DNA of 64,000 nt from Occultella glacieicola (GCF_004353825.1 NZ_SMNA01000007.1:124001-188000), one strand, 5' to 3'; shown: positions 10,695 to 21,957, counted from the stretch's first letter. Numbers and translations are program-made. Notes: generated from the sequence alone by a model not told the origin.

Positions 10695-12368
10695 TCAGGT
10701 CGCCCCGGGACCACGCTCAGGTGAGCTGTGGGCCAGCGAACCGCGGTCACCGCCGGGGCCGGCGGCGAAGACGTCCGGGAGCAGGTCCCTGTGCAGCCGG
10801 TCCAGGGTGGCCCTCTGGCGCCGAGCGTCCTCGGCCAGATCCGCGAATACCGTGGGTGGCAGTCGAAGCTCGGCGGCGAGACTCTCGAGCGTCTGCCAGA
10901 CCCCCTCCTTGCCACTCACGGCGCTGCGCATCAGTTCGACCTCCAGAAGCGGCGTCATCGGTGAGCTGCCCACGAGGCGTTCATTGAGCTTGAGACGCCC
11001 GACGTGCTCGGCGACCCACGCTCCGGCCTGCCGGTGCGGCCGTCGTCGCAGACCCAGGAGGGCGATGAGTTCGCGGAGGAGTTCGCGCTCCCGGGTGATC
11101 TGATCCCTGATCGTGGCCAGATCGCGACCCAAGGGCGTGTCGGCGAAGGCGTGCGCCATCCGCCGGATGCGCTCGGTGCCCGCAGTCGCTCCGGTCAGAT
11201 GATCCGAAAGGTAGAGGCCGAGGAGGTCGGCGTCGACATGCTCGGAGACGCGCGCGGCGAGCGCACCCGGTGGGAGCATCCGATACCCGCGGTCCGTGTC
11301 ACGGTCGGTCGGCGCCGGTGTGAGGGACTCGATCGGCCCACCGAAGCGGGTGTCGTCGGGGCGCAGGGAGGGGCTCGTGGTACCACGGTGTTCCCGTATC
11401 CCGGCCACTACCTCCCGGAGTGCGTCCTCGGCGCTGTTCTGCTCCGTCCAGCCGAGGTCGCGGATCCGGGCGGTGTCCATCACCGGCACGCCCATCGCCA
11501 TGTCGAGCCAGCCGGCGTCCGACGCGACCAACCTCGCACGCCAGGCATAGTGCAGGAACGGCCGGACGACCTCGGGCGGGAGCTCGACGTGGTGGCCCCG
11601 GGCCAAGATCCCGGCCAGGTCACGGGGCCACAACGTGTCCGCCGCGGCGACGTTGAACGCGCCGCCGGCCCGATGCGCCACCACGGCGGCGTAGGCACGG
11701 CCCACATCATCACCGTGCACGATCTGGAGGCGCAACCCCTTCGGCAGGGGAAGCACCGGGACCGCCCCGGTACGCAGCAGGGACGTCGGCACCCACGGCC
11801 CGAGGAAGTAGCGCACGATCTGTGCGCCCGCCTCCCCCTGAAAGACCAGCGCGGTGCGCATCCGGGTGATGGTGAGGCCGGGCGTCGCCTCGAACTCATC
11901 GAGCACCCGTTCCTGCGCCGCCTTGTCGACGCTGTAGTGGGAGGAGGGGATGCCGGCGCGGGCCGCGTTCTCGTCGCGGGGCACGTCGTCGTCAACCGGG
12001 GAGTACACGGCCCAGGATGAGGCGACCACCAGATGCGGCACGCCCGAACGCACAACGGCCCGCGCCACCCGTTCGGTGCCGCTCACATTGACGCGGCGCA
12101 TATAGTCACGATCGGTGTTCGGCTGGATCGCCCACACGAGGTGGATCACGGCGTCCGCTCCGGCGAATGCCTCCGTCAGCGCGTCCTCGACGCCCCGGCG
12201 AGCAGCGAGGTCCACGCTGAGCCACGTGACCGAGTCGTACGGCGGGGAACGGTCCTCCGGTGGCCGCCGGGCGATGCCGACGACCGTCGTGACCTCATCC
12301 GTGGCCGCGAGGGCGCGCAGCACGGCGGTGCCCACGTTGCCACTGGCGCCCACCACGACAACTCTCAC
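10695..12368 (-). CDS. NAD-dependent epimerase/dehydratase fused to a C-terminal helical (ferritin-like?) domain
   Basis: GASGNVG and YSVDK; C-terminal YLSDHLTGATAG...GKEGVW domain. Confidence 0.8.
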   Translation of the reverse strand: MRVVVVGASGNVGTAVLRALAATDEVTTVVGIARRPPEDRSPPYDSVTWLSVDLAARRGVEDALTEAFAGADAVIHLVWAIQPNTDRDYMRRVNVSGTERVARAVVRSGVPHLVVASSWAVYSPVDDDVPRDENAARAGIPSSHYSVDKAAQERVLDEFEATPGLTITRMRTALVFQGEAGAQIVRYFLGPWVPTSLLRTGAVPVLPLPKGLRLQIVHGDDVGRAYAAVVAHRAGGAFNVAAADTLWPRDLAGILARGHHVELPPEVVRPFLHYAWRARLVASDAGWLDMAMGVPVMDTARIRDLGWTEQNSAEDALREVVAGIREHRGTTSPSLRPDDTRFGGPIESLTPAPTDRDTDRGYRMLPPGALAARVSEHVDADLLGLYLSDHLTGATAGTERIRRMAHAFADTPLGRDLATIRDQITRERELLRELIALLGLRRRPHRQAGAWVAEHVGRLKLNERLVGSSPMTPLLEVELMRSAVSGKEGVWQTLESLAAELRLPPTVFADLAEDARRQRATLDRLHRDLLPDVFAAGPGGDRGSLAHSSPERGPGAT

Positions 12369-12479
12369 CGTGTCCCAGCCTCCATTACTCCACGTCGGGT
12401 CCGTCCACTATCGCCCGCGGTGACCTCGCGCGCATCTTCGGATCCGGCCCACCCGAGTGCGGCGCGGCGGGTACCGGGA

Positions 12480-13862
12480 TCAGCCGGCCGCCCCGTCGTA
12501 CATCGCCACCAGGTACGGGTGATGCGGATCGTAGGACGTGAGCGGTCGCGGGTCCGGCACCGTCCCGACCGGGCGCAGGTCTCGCCCGGGATCACCGGTC
12601 CGTTCGTCCCCGCAGCGCTGCCGGATCTGCACCGCTCGCGCCGTCAGATCGGCGACGACCTCAGGATGGTCGCTCGCGACGTCGGTGGTCTCGCCCGGGT
12701 CGGCGATGAGGTCGTAGAGCTCGCGCACCTCGCCGTCGGCCGGCTCGTGACGATACAGGTGGAGCTTCCACCGACCGGCTCGGACGGCCTCCAGCGTGTG
12801 CATCCAGTAGTACGGCAGCACGTCGTGCGGCGAGTCGGCGTGCTCCGGGTCGAACCAGACCGGCGAGATGTCATGGCCGTCGCGGACCCGGTCGGAGGCG
12901 AGGTCACCACCGGCGAGCGACGCGAGGGTGGGTAGCAGGTCCATGGCGCTGGTGACCGCTCCGCTGGCAGCGCCGGCCGGCACTCGACCGGGCCAGCGGA
13001 CCAGGCAGGGGACCCGGACGCCACCTTCGAAGTTCGTGCGTTTGGTGCCACGGAGGGGCGCGTTGCTGCCACCTTCGTCGTTCACCCGGGAGCCGTTGTC
13101 CGAGGTGAAGATGACGATCGTGTTCTCAGTCAGGGCGAGGTCGTCGAGTTCACGAAGGATCACGTCGGTCGACCAGTCGACGTACTCGACCGCGGCCCCG
13201 TACGGTCCGTTGCGGGAGTCCCGCGCGAAGCGCTCAGCCGTGAGGTGCGGCAGATGCGGGTGCAGGTGGGCGAGGTAGAGGAAGAACGGTCTGCCGCGAT
13301 GCTGTCGGATCAGCCGCACAGCCTCAGCGGTGTAGCGCTCGGTCAGGGCCTCCATCAGCGGCTGCTGCTCGATCACATCGTCATCGAGGATCAGTGGCAG
13401 CGGCGGGTTGCCGGTTGCGACGCCGTCGATCTGTTGACGGCCCATGTCGTTGCTGTAGGGCAGGCCGAGGTAGGAGTCGAATCCGTGCCGCCTTGGCAGA
13501 TGCTCGGGCTGGTCGCCGCAGTGCCACTTGCCCACCATCGCGGTGGCGTAGCCCGCGTCCCGCAGCATGGTCGCGAGCGTCTGCTCACCCGGCGCGAGGC
13601 CGTGTCGCATCCCGGGAAACAGCACGGCCCTACCGTCGAACGACGTGAACCCGACCCGCGCCGGCAGGCTTCCCGTCATCAGCGCGGCCCTCGACGGCGA
13701 GCACACCGGAGAGGCGACGTAGAAGTCGGTGAGCCGCAGGCCCTCAACAGCCAACCTGTCGATCGCGGGGGTCCGGTTCCGCTCGGAGCCGTAGCAGCCC
13801 AGGTCGCCGTACCCGAGGTCGTCGCAGTTGATCAGGACGATGTTGGGACGGCCGTTGTCCAT
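12480..13862 (-). CDS. Cys-type sulfatase (arylsulfatase-like)
   Basis: PNIVLINCDDLG, CSPSRAALMTG, GKWH and SDNG motifs. Confidence 0.93.
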   Translation of the reverse strand: MDNGRPNIVLINCDDLGYGDLGCYGSERNRTPAIDRLAVEGLRLTDFYVASPVCSPSRAALMTGSLPARVGFTSFDGRAVLFPGMRHGLAPGEQTLATMLRDAGYATAMVGKWHCGDQPEHLPRRHGFDSYLGLPYSNDMGRQQIDGVATGNPPLPLILDDDVIEQQPLMEALTERYTAEAVRLIRQHRGRPFFLYLAHLHPHLPHLTAERFARDSRNGPYGAAVEYVDWSTDVILRELDDLALTENTIVIFTSDNGSRVNDEGGSNAPLRGTKRTNFEGGVRVPCLVRWPGRVPAGAASGAVTSAMDLLPTLASLAGGDLASDRVRDGHDISPVWFDPEHADSPHDVLPYYWMHTLEAVRAGRWKLHLYRHEPADGEVRELYDLIADPGETTDVASDHPEVVADLTARAVQIRQRCGDERTGDPGRDLRPVGTVPDPRPLTSYDPHHPYLVAMYDGAAG

Positions 13863-14103
13863 GCTCAGGTTCGCCTCCGGACATCGGTCGCGGTCGCCAT
13901 CGGTGCACCCGACGGCTGCTCGCGCACTGTAGCGGAACACGAACCCCAGGGTCGCAGTGCCACCGGTGGGTCATCGGGGTATGCCCGCACCTGGTCGCCG
14001 CTGTCATGCCTCCACCGAACCAGGAGCCGCGAGACCACGACCGGCCATCGAGACCGTCGGGCGTGTTCGGAGAGCGCATCTCGCTGCTCGCGTCAGTCAG
14101 GTC

Positions 14104-15564
14104 TCACCACGTCGCGACTCGGCAGGCGGAACGGTCCTCGTGCCACATCTGAAGGTCGAGGACTGCCGCGCACATCTCGGTGCGGAGCTCCGCACGATCG
14201 GGGTCGTCCCATAGATTGACAAGCTCGTCCGGATCGCTGGCGAGGTCGTAGAGCTCTCCGGTCTGAGCTTCACCGGTAGCTGGGTTGCCGTGCCAGATGA
14301 CGACCTTCGTGTCGGCTCGACGGAACATCGTGGTCATCGCCGGCGGGTCGTAGGCGTAGCCGGAGTCGCGGTACTCCGACCAGGCATAACGACGGCCGCG
14401 GCGGTCACCTCGGGCGACCTCGGTGAGATCGATCCCCTGATCGCGAACGTAGGGAGCCAGGCCGGCCGCCACACGGATGGTCCGGGCGACGTCGTGGACG
14501 CCAACGAAGTCGGTGACCCTGTGATCGGCGGGAACGTTCTCCGGCCACGAGACGATCAGCGGCACCCGCACGGCCTCGTCGTAGAGCATCGGGCCCTTGA
14601 GTAGCAGGGCATGGTCGCCCAGCATCTCGCCGTGGTCGCTGACGAACACGACCAGGGTGTCCTGGTCCTGGTCGCGCTGACGCAGCGCCTCGAGGATCTG
14701 CCCGACGCCGTCGTCGACCTGGGTGATCATCGCGTAGTACGTCCGTCGGATCTCGTCGAGATCGTCCGGGGTGAAGTCTTGGTAGGAGGGGCCGTGGCCC
14801 CGGTAGCTCGACGCGGAAGCCTCCAGTTGCCGAGCGGGCTTGCCGGCCAGCTCCCGCACGCTTCCAACTGGGGGCCGCACCGAACCGGGCGGGTACTTCT
14901 CGAGGTACTCAGGTGGTGCCGCGAACGGATGATGTGGAGCGAAGTAGTTCGCGAGCAGGAAGAACGGGCGGCTGTCGGCCTCCCCGAGGAAGTCCGACAC
15001 CTTCTCGGTGACCCAGGTCGAGTAACTGGCCTCGTGAGGCATCTCGTCGAACTGGGTGTTCGCGTGCGCGAAGTTGGTGAGGTCGGGCGTGACCACGTCG
15101 GCGGCTGCCGCCGCCCACAGGCCCGGGTGCCGCTCCCGCAGCCACCGGTGGTACGAGTTCTCCGGTGAGCCATGGAACGGGTCGTGGGCCCACTCGTAGT
15201 ACTCGAACCCGTCGTCAAGGCGCTCCTCGGTGCGACCTTGGAACGCCGCACCCAAGTGGAACTTGCCGACCAGTCCGCACCGATACCCGGAGTCGGCCAG
15301 CTCGCGGGTGACCAGGCTGCGGCCTTCCGGGAGCGCGACGCCATTGGCCCAGAGCCCGTGGGAGCTTGGGTACTCACCCGTGAGCATCGAAGCCCGGGTG
15401 GGTGAGCAGACACTGTTCGGCGCGTAGCAATGGTCGAATACCGTGCCACGGCGCGCGAGGGCATCGAGATTCGGCGTGATGGCCGCGCTTCCGGGGTAGA
15501 CGCCGATCGCGTCGTACCGATGCTGGTCCGTGCAGATCACCAGGATGTTGGGTCTTGTCTTCAT
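14104..15564 (-). CDS. Cys-type sulfatase (choline-sulfatase-like subfamily)
   Basis: PNILVICTDQHR, CSPTRASMLTG, GKFH and SDHGEMLGDH motifs. Confidence 0.93.
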   Translation of the reverse strand: MKTRPNILVICTDQHRYDAIGVYPGSAAITPNLDALARRGTVFDHCYAPNSVCSPTRASMLTGEYPSSHGLWANGVALPEGRSLVTRELADSGYRCGLVGKFHLGAAFQGRTEERLDDGFEYYEWAHDPFHGSPENSYHRWLRERHPGLWAAAAADVVTPDLTNFAHANTQFDEMPHEASYSTWVTEKVSDFLGEADSRPFFLLANYFAPHHPFAAPPEYLEKYPPGSVRPPVGSVRELAGKPARQLEASASSYRGHGPSYQDFTPDDLDEIRRTYYAMITQVDDGVGQILEALRQRDQDQDTLVVFVSDHGEMLGDHALLLKGPMLYDEAVRVPLIVSWPENVPADHRVTDFVGVHDVARTIRVAAGLAPYVRDQGIDLTEVARGDRRGRRYAWSEYRDSGYAYDPPAMTTMFRRADTKVVIWHGNPATGEAQTGELYDLASDPDELVNLWDDPDRAELRTEMCAAVLDLQMWHEDRSACRVATW

Positions 15565-15601
15565 CGTCGCGGTTCTCCTGAGGTGGGCTGTTTTTCGATG
15601 G

Positions 15602-16435
15602 TCACTTCACGCTCCCTGCTGCCAGGCCGCCGACCATGGACCTGCCGAAGACGGCACCCAGCACGATCAGCGGCAACGACAGCAGCACCACTCCGGCCAT
15701 CACCTGGTTCCACTGCAGCGTGTAACTGCCGAGGAACTTCTGAAGCACCAGCGGGATCGTCGCCGACCGCGAACCGGTGAGCACCAGCGGAAAGAGAAAG
15801 TTGTTCCACGCGAACAGGAACGTCATGATCGTGACCGAAGCCAGGCCCGGCCGAGCGACCGGCAGCACGACCTGCAGCATGGTGCGCAGCGGACTGGCCC
15901 CGTCGATGGCCGCTGCCTCGTCGAGTTCGCGGGGAATGCCGTCGATGAAGACCTTCAACATGATCGTCGCGAGGGCGACGTTGAACGGTAGATAGACAAG
16001 CAGCAGAGCGACGATCGTGTCCGAAAGGCCGATGCGTGTGAAGATCGCGTACGCGGGGATCGCCAGACCGATCGCCGGCAATGCCCGCGCGGCCAGTAGC
16101 CACATCCCGATCACCCCTGAGGACGACACGTTCGCTCGGCTGAGCGCGTAGGCCGCCGGGGCGCAGATCGCGAGTGCAAGTGCGGCTGACGCGACACTGG
16201 ACTGGACGCTGTTGAGCACCGGACCCAGGAACGAGGAGTCCTCGAACAGCGAGACGAAGTTGTCGAGGGTCGGTGTGAAGATCCACTGCGGCACTGGGTT
16301 GAGACTGACGCTCGCGGGCTGCAGCGACGTCAGCAGCGCGTACAGCGTCGGCAGCGTGAAGGCCGCCAGCACGAGCGTGATGTACAGATATGCCGCGACC
16401 CGAGAAGCGAGGTGGGGCCGGCTTGCCCGTCTCAT
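15602..16435 (-). CDS. Carbohydrate ABC transporter permease
   Basis: EAA loop ELDEAAAIDGAS; FLFAWNNF. Confidence 0.9.
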   Translation of the reverse strand: MRRASRPHLASRVAAYLYITLVLAAFTLPTLYALLTSLQPASVSLNPVPQWIFTPTLDNFVSLFEDSSFLGPVLNSVQSSVASAALALAICAPAAYALSRANVSSSGVIGMWLLAARALPAIGLAIPAYAIFTRIGLSDTIVALLLVYLPFNVALATIMLKVFIDGIPRELDEAAAIDGASPLRTMLQVVLPVARPGLASVTIMTFLFAWNNFLFPLVLTGSRSATIPLVLQKFLGSYTLQWNQVMAGVVLLSLPLIVLGAVFGRSMVGGLAAGSVK

Positions 16436-17346
16436 GCCCATGCCTTCTCGGCTCGGCGCTGGATACGGGTGAAGACCGTGACGCACGCCAGCGTGAAGAG
16501 GACCACGAAGATCGCGATCGCAGCACCCTGCCCGAACTGCAGCTGGCCGAAGAACACCTGGAAGTTGTAGTACGTGAGCAACTGCGTGCTGGAACCGGGG
16601 CCGCCGCGCGTGAGGACGTAGATCGTTGGGAACACCTGGATCGCGTCGATGAAACGCAGCAGCGCGATCGCGATCACGGCGGGCCGGATGATGGGGATCA
16701 CGAGGCTCCAGGCACTGCGAATCCACCCCGCGCCGTCGAGTTGGGCAGCCTCGAGCACCTCCTCGGGGACGCTCTTGAGCGCCGCCAGGGTGAGCAGGAT
16801 GACGAATGGGGTGTATTGCCAGACGTCGATGCCGATGATCACAGCCATCGCCGAACTGGGCTGGGTCAGCCACTCCTGATGGATGCCGACGAGACCGAGG
16901 TAGTACGACAGCATCCCGATGTCTCCTTGCAGGATGTACTTGAAGACCAGCGCGACGGCGATCGGCGGCAGTACTGCGGGCCATAGCAACACGACACGCA
17001 GTGTGTTGCGATTCGGTACGAAGCGATCGAGCACGAGTGCTGTGAACACACCGAGGCCGAGTTCAAACGCGAGCGCCCCGACGAGGAAGACGACCGCCAG
17101 CCACAGGGCCGGCCAGAGGTCGCCGCGGTCCAGAACCGCCTCGACGTTGCCGGTGCCGAACGGTGCCTGCGGCACCAGGCTGGCGTCCGAGCCACCTAGT
17201 GCGAGTGCCAGCGCATACGCGAGCGGGAGCACCGTTGTCGCCAGCAGTACCGCGATGAGTGGGAAGGTGAATCCCAGATGCCAGCCGCGAAGTCGGCCTT
17301 CGGCACGGGGTATCGAGGTCACAGGCGGGCCTCCTCTCCTAGTCAT
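16432..17346 (-). CDS. Carbohydrate ABC transporter permease
   Basis: EAA loop EVLEAAQLDGAG; LTRGGPG. Confidence 0.9.
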   Translation of the reverse strand: MTRRGGPPVTSIPRAEGRLRGWHLGFTFPLIAVLLATTVLPLAYALALALGGSDASLVPQAPFGTGNVEAVLDRGDLWPALWLAVVFLVGALAFELGLGVFTALVLDRFVPNRNTLRVVLLWPAVLPPIAVALVFKYILQGDIGMLSYYLGLVGIHQEWLTQPSSAMAVIIGIDVWQYTPFVILLTLAALKSVPEEVLEAAQLDGAGWIRSAWSLVIPIIRPAVIAIALLRFIDAIQVFPTIYVLTRGGPGSSTQLLTYYNFQVFFGQLQFGQGAAIAIFVVLFTLACVTVFTRIQRRAEKAWA

Positions 17347-17400
17347 CGGTCACGGCGGTGCTGCTCCCGACCCGCCAGCCAGCCGCCCGGTCGGCGAGGG

Positions 17401-18810
17401 TCACTCGAGATAGGTGGACGCGGCACGCAGGGCTTCCTCGACGGAGACCTGACCGGTCACGGCCTTGCTCAACTCCTCGGCGATCTGCTGCCCGACCGTC
17501 GCCCAGTCGGTGGTGGCAGGCAGGTAGTTCGGATCGTCCTCGAAGGGGGAGACGCCGCCGCCGTTGGCGATGTCGATCGTGCCGATCACCGCGGGGACGA
17601 AATCGTTGAAGCCGTACTTCGCCTCGTACTCGGGGGAGGAGTAGACGTCGGCCAGCGGCGGGGCGCCGAAATTGGCGTCAGTCTGTGTGGCTGCCGTCAA
17701 CGTTTGGGCCAGTGTGGCCCACTGCGTGAACAACCACGCCGCGTCGGTGGCGTCGCTGTTCGCGGCGATCGTCCAGCCGTGCGCGTTGTAGGGCACGAAC
17801 GACCCGGCTGGGCCAGCAGGCAGTGTGAACGCGTCGATATCGCCGGACACCTGGGAGGAATCCGGGTTGTTGAACGTACCTCCGAAGACCGCACCCTCCT
17901 GGACGATCGCCACTCGACCGGTCGCGAAGGCCCGTGTGACGTCGTCCACGCTCCAGTTGGTTGCACCGGACGGCGCATAGTTCTGCACGAGGTCGGTGTA
18001 GGTCGTCAGCGACTCGACTGCCTCGGGGGAGTCGAGCGCGGAGCCGGAATAGGTGCCGTCGTCGTACTCGGCGTAGTAGGAGCCGCCATTGGCGTACAAC
18101 CAGGCCGACCAGACGAACAGGAGTTGCGATGGGCTCGGCGCCGTGCGCAGGGCGATCCCGGCGACGTCGTCGCCGTGGACCTCATGCACGACCTCGACCA
18201 GTTCCTCGTACGTTGTCGGCACCTGCTCGATGCCGTGCTCCTCGAACACGTCGGTGCGGTAGTAGAACATCTGTGTCCCGATGAACATCGGGACGCCATA
18301 GACCTCGTCGTCCCGGCTGAGCAGCGACGTCGTGCCTTCCCCGAAGGCCTCGAGATTCCAGCCCGGCACGATGCTGCTGGCGTCGTCGACGAGCGGACCG
18401 ATCGGCTGCAGCCAACCACGATCCACATAGGTCGGGATGAAGCCAGACGGGGTCTGCAGCACGTCGAAGCCGCCGTCGCCCGAACCTAGCGCCACAGCGG
18501 CGCGGTTCTCCGTGGACTGCTCGTCGAGGATCGTCCAGTCCACGGTGATGCCCGTGAGCTCGGTGAACTGTCCGCTGATCTGTTGAATGGCGTCGGCCTG
18601 CGGTGAACTCTGTGCGAGCACGCTGATGCGGTCGACGCCGAGTTCCTCACCCCGAGCGGTGAGGAAGTCCTCCACGGAGACATCGAGATCGGCAGCATCG
18701 TCGGCACCGGTGCCGCCGGTCCCGCCGCCGGCGCCGCACGCCGTGACCACGAGCGTCGCCGCGAGCACCAGGACGGCACGGTTGGCCACTCTTCTGGATC
18801 TGATTCGCAT
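17401..18810 (-). CDS. Sugar ABC transporter substrate-binding lipoprotein
   Basis: Lipobox VTAC; YYRTDVFE; lies upstream of the permeases. Confidence 0.88.
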   Translation of the reverse strand: MRIRSRRVANRAVLVLAATLVVTACGAGGGTGGTGADDAADLDVSVEDFLTARGEELGVDRISVLAQSSPQADAIQQISGQFTELTGITVDWTILDEQSTENRAAVALGSGDGGFDVLQTPSGFIPTYVDRGWLQPIGPLVDDASSIVPGWNLEAFGEGTTSLLSRDDEVYGVPMFIGTQMFYYRTDVFEEHGIEQVPTTYEELVEVVHEVHGDDVAGIALRTAPSPSQLLFVWSAWLYANGGSYYAEYDDGTYSGSALDSPEAVESLTTYTDLVQNYAPSGATNWSVDDVTRAFATGRVAIVQEGAVFGGTFNNPDSSQVSGDIDAFTLPAGPAGSFVPYNAHGWTIAANSDATDAAWLFTQWATLAQTLTAATQTDANFGAPPLADVYSSPEYEAKYGFNDFVPAVIGTIDIANGGGVSPFEDDPNYLPATTDWATVGQQIAEELSKAVTGQVSVEEALRAASTYLE

Positions 18811-18933
18811 GACGAACCTCCTTGTCCGAGGGATGGAGCAGGAAGTGCTCCGCCCTGGTTGCCAGCCAAGACGTATCCGCGACGCGCGTCAATCATCTGA
18901 GCGAAGTTTGCTCGAATGAGCGATGCTTGGGCC

Positions 18934-19872
18934 ATGGAAAACCCACGCGAGCTGGCACTCATGGCGCACGTCGCACGTCGCTTCTATCTCGCAGGCCGAA
19001 CGAAGAGCGAGATTGCGGACGAACTATTCCTGAGCCGGTTCAAAGTGGCGCGATTGCTCGACGCGGCCCGTGACGCAGGGGTTGTCGAGATCAGGATCAA
19101 CGTGCCCGGCGATTCCAATGCCGAGGTCGCGCGTGAGCTCGAGGAGGCGCTCAATCTGCGTCGCGCGGTCGTGATCGACGATCCCGACGCTGGCGGCGAC
19201 ACCCTGCTCGCGGACCTGGGCGACGCCGCGATCGCGGTCCTTGGCGAAGTCGTTCGGGATGGTGACCGGGTGGGGATAGCGTCGACCCGGACCATGCTGG
19301 CCATCCACGAAGCACCTCCGGTGGCGCTGCCGCGGTGTACCTTCGTTCAACTCACCGGGGAGATCCCCCGCGATGATGCGGCCAACGTCATGGGCGTGAT
19401 CCGGATTCTCACTCGCCGGGCGGCCGGAAGTGCCAAGGTGTTCTACGCGCCGATGATCGCAGGTGACGAGGGAGCCTGGCGCAGCTACATGTCGCTGCCG
19501 GAGGTGCGTGCAGCGTTCGCCGAGTTCTCGAGGCTGGACGTTGTGGTGACCGGCATCGGCGCATGGGCTTCCGGACTATCGATCAGCTTTGACCACCTCA
19601 GCCCTGAAGCTCGGGACGAAGCGTCGGAGGCGGGCGCCGTAGCCGAGGTCGCCGGGATTCCGATCGACGTCCGGGGTCGCACCGTTACGGGTGCGGCCCG
19701 GCGCCGGGTCGTCGCGCCCGACGTCGAGATGCTCATCCGCGCGCGGGAACGGATCGGCGTCGTGTTCGATCCTGCCCGCGCGGACGCGACACGAATTGCT
19801 GCTCGTTCCGGAGTCATCACGACGATCGTCACCCAACGCTCGAACGCCGAGGCGCTGCTGTCGTACCGCTGA
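18934..19872 (+). CDS. SorC/DeoR-type sugar-binding transcriptional regulator
   Basis: VARRFYL...SEIADELFLSRFKVARLL HTH; divergent from the ABC operon. Confidence 0.88.
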   Translation: MENPRELALMAHVARRFYLAGRTKSEIADELFLSRFKVARLLDAARDAGVVEIRINVPGDSNAEVARELEEALNLRRAVVIDDPDAGGDTLLADLGDAAIAVLGEVVRDGDRVGIASTRTMLAIHEAPPVALPRCTFVQLTGEIPRDDAANVMGVIRILTRRAAGSAKVFYAPMIAGDEGAWRSYMSLPEVRAAFAEFSRLDVVVTGIGAWASGLSISFDHLSPEARDEASEAGAVAEVAGIPIDVRGRTVTGAARRRVVAPDVEMLIRARERIGVVFDPARADATRIAARSGVITTIVTQRSNAEALLSYR

Positions 19873-19978
19873 CGGAATGGTGCGTGCCCTGCGCCGGGAG
19901 GCGCACCGCCGTCGAACTGCCCGACGACGCTTGTCGCTGGAGGGGACGCGCTGACCCGTGGGACGGGCGGCCTGCAGT

Positions 19979-20887
19979 TCAGCGCCTCGCCCGTGCGACT
20001 CTCCAGTGGCCCTCGCCGAGCAGCAGGACCTGCTTCAACGCCGGGTTGGTGTTGTCCCGGCGCCAGACGCACTGGGCCTGTACCTTCCGCTCCGCGAGGC
20101 CCGACGGCTCCAGATAGGTCAGGGACGGCAGTCTCAGCGCCGTGGCCGAGGTGGGCACGAGACCGACGCCGACACCCGCGTCGACGAGGGCGAGCACGCT
20201 GTGCACCTGGCTGACGTGCTGGACGTAGTGCGGGGTGAGGCCGGCATCGCTGAAGGCGGCGACCACGACCTCGTAGAGGTATCTGGCCTCGACCGGGGCG
20301 TAGGTGACGATGTGGTGCTCGGCGACGTCCGCGAGGACCGGGGGCCGTCCGAGCCGCGTGAGCGGATGTCCGGCCGGCACGGCTAGGACCAGCGGTTCGC
20401 TGTGCACCAGTCGCGCCGCGAGGATCTCGGAGGGGTTCACGCCACGAGCCAGGCCGACGTCGATCTGCCCGGCGAGCACGGCCTCGACCTGGTCGGCGGT
20501 GACCATCTCGGTGAGGATGAGATCGACGCCCGGCAGGTGCTCGCCGACCGCCCTGGCCCACCCGCCGAGGACCGTCAGGGCCGTCATCGCCGTGAACCCG
20601 ATCCGGACCGTGCCGGCGGTCCCGGCGGCGACGCCACGGGCCCGAAGCGGCGCCGCCTCGGCGAGCCCGAGGATCCGGCGAGCCTCATCGAGGAAGACGC
20701 GGCCTGCCGTCGTCAGCTGCGCGCCCCGGTGGGTGCGGGCGAAGAGTTCAACTCGCAACTCGCCCTCGAGCTTGCGCACCAGTCGGCTCAGCGGAGGCTG
20801 CGTCATCCCCAACCGGTCCGCGGCCCGGCTGAAGTTCCGTTCCTCGGCAACCGCGACGAAACCTCTGAGCTGGTCGAGCGTGTACAT
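19979..20887 (-). CDS. LysR-family regulator
   Basis: FVAVAEERNFSRAADRLGMTQPPLS. Confidence 0.93.
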   Translation of the reverse strand: MYTLDQLRGFVAVAEERNFSRAADRLGMTQPPLSRLVRKLEGELRVELFARTHRGAQLTTAGRVFLDEARRILGLAEAAPLRARGVAAGTAGTVRIGFTAMTALTVLGGWARAVGEHLPGVDLILTEMVTADQVEAVLAGQIDVGLARGVNPSEILAARLVHSEPLVLAVPAGHPLTRLGRPPVLADVAEHHIVTYAPVEARYLYEVVVAAFSDAGLTPHYVQHVSQVHSVLALVDAGVGVGLVPTSATALRLPSLTYLEPSGLAERKVQAQCVWRRDNTNPALKQVLLLGEGHWRVARARR

Positions 20888-21006
20888 CGCACCTCCGGAT
20901 CAACTATGCGTGATGGGCATGATGCCAGTCCGCTTCGGACTTGGACGGGTATAGGTCCGGGTGGTTAACCTCCAATCAGACCCTTCCGCGCGGCAGGAGC
21001 ACCACG

Positions 21007-21957
21007 ATGACCAGCTACACGCCCGACGAGCTCCGGACGATCCTCGGCTCGGGCCTGCTCTCCTTCCCGGTCACCCATGCCCGGGCGGACCTGAGTCTCG
21101 ACGAGGACGGCTACCGGGAACACGTCGCCTGGCAGGCAGGTTTCGGCCCGGCCGGACTCTTCGCCGCCGGCGGCACCGGCGAGATCTTCGCCCTCACGCC
21201 CGCCGAGGTGCCCCGGGTGGTCCGCGCGGCCGTGGCGGAGGCCCCGGACGGCCTGCCGATCCTCGGCCCGGCCGCGTACGGCACCGCGCAGGCGGTCCAG
21301 ATGGCTCGCGAGGCTGAACAGGCCGGCGCCCACGGCATCCTGTTGTTCCCCCCGTACCTCACCGAGGTGAGCCAGGACGGCCTGGTTGCTCACGTGCGGG
21401 CGGTGTGCGCGGCGACCTCCCTCGGGGTGATCGTCTACCACCGCGCGAACGCTCGGTTCACCGCCGAGTCGATCGCCCGGCTCACCGAGACCTGTCCGAA
21501 CCTCATCGGGTTCAAGGACGGTGTCGGCGACGTCGAACTCATGACCCGTCTGTACGCGGGCCTCGACGGCCGGCTCCTGTTCATCGGTGGGCTGCCCACC
21601 GCCGAGGTCTATGCCCTGCCCTACCTCGAGATGGGGCTGACCACCTACTCCTCCGCGATCTTCAACTTCGTGCCACGGTTCGCGCTGGACTTCCACCGGT
21701 CCGTGCTCGCCCGCGACCGTGAGGACGTCTACCTGCGGCTACGCTCGTTCGTCCTGCCATACCTGGAGATCCGTGATCGCAGCGCGGGATATCCCGTCTC
21801 GATCGTCAAGGCCGGCCTGACGGCGATCGGCCGCCCCGCCGGGCCCGTCCGGCCGCCGCTGACCGACCTGACCGGCGCCGAGCAACAGGCGCTGACCACC
21901 TTGATCGAGGGCATCGCGCAGGTCGAGCACGCCGACCGGGACCTGGTCGGCTCATGA
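21007..21957 (+). CDS. kdgD: 5-dehydro-4-deoxyglucarate dehydratase
   Basis: [27 protein letters not shown] and YSSAIFNF motifs. Confidence 0.9.
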   Translation: MTSYTPDELRTILGSGLLSFPVTHARADLSLDEDGYREHVAWQAGFGPAGLFAAGGTGEIFALTPAEVPRVVRAAVAEAPDGLPILGPAAYGTAQAVQMAREAEQAGAHGILLFPPYLTEVSQDGLVAHVRAVCAATSLGVIVYHRANARFTAESIARLTETCPNLIGFKDGVGDVELMTRLYAGLDGRLLFIGGLPTAEVYALPYLEMGLTTYSSAIFNFVPRFALDFHRSVLARDREDVYLRLRSFVLPYLEIRDRSAGYPVSIVKAGLTAIGRPAGPVRPPLTDLTGAEQQALTTLIEGIAQVEHADRDLVGS

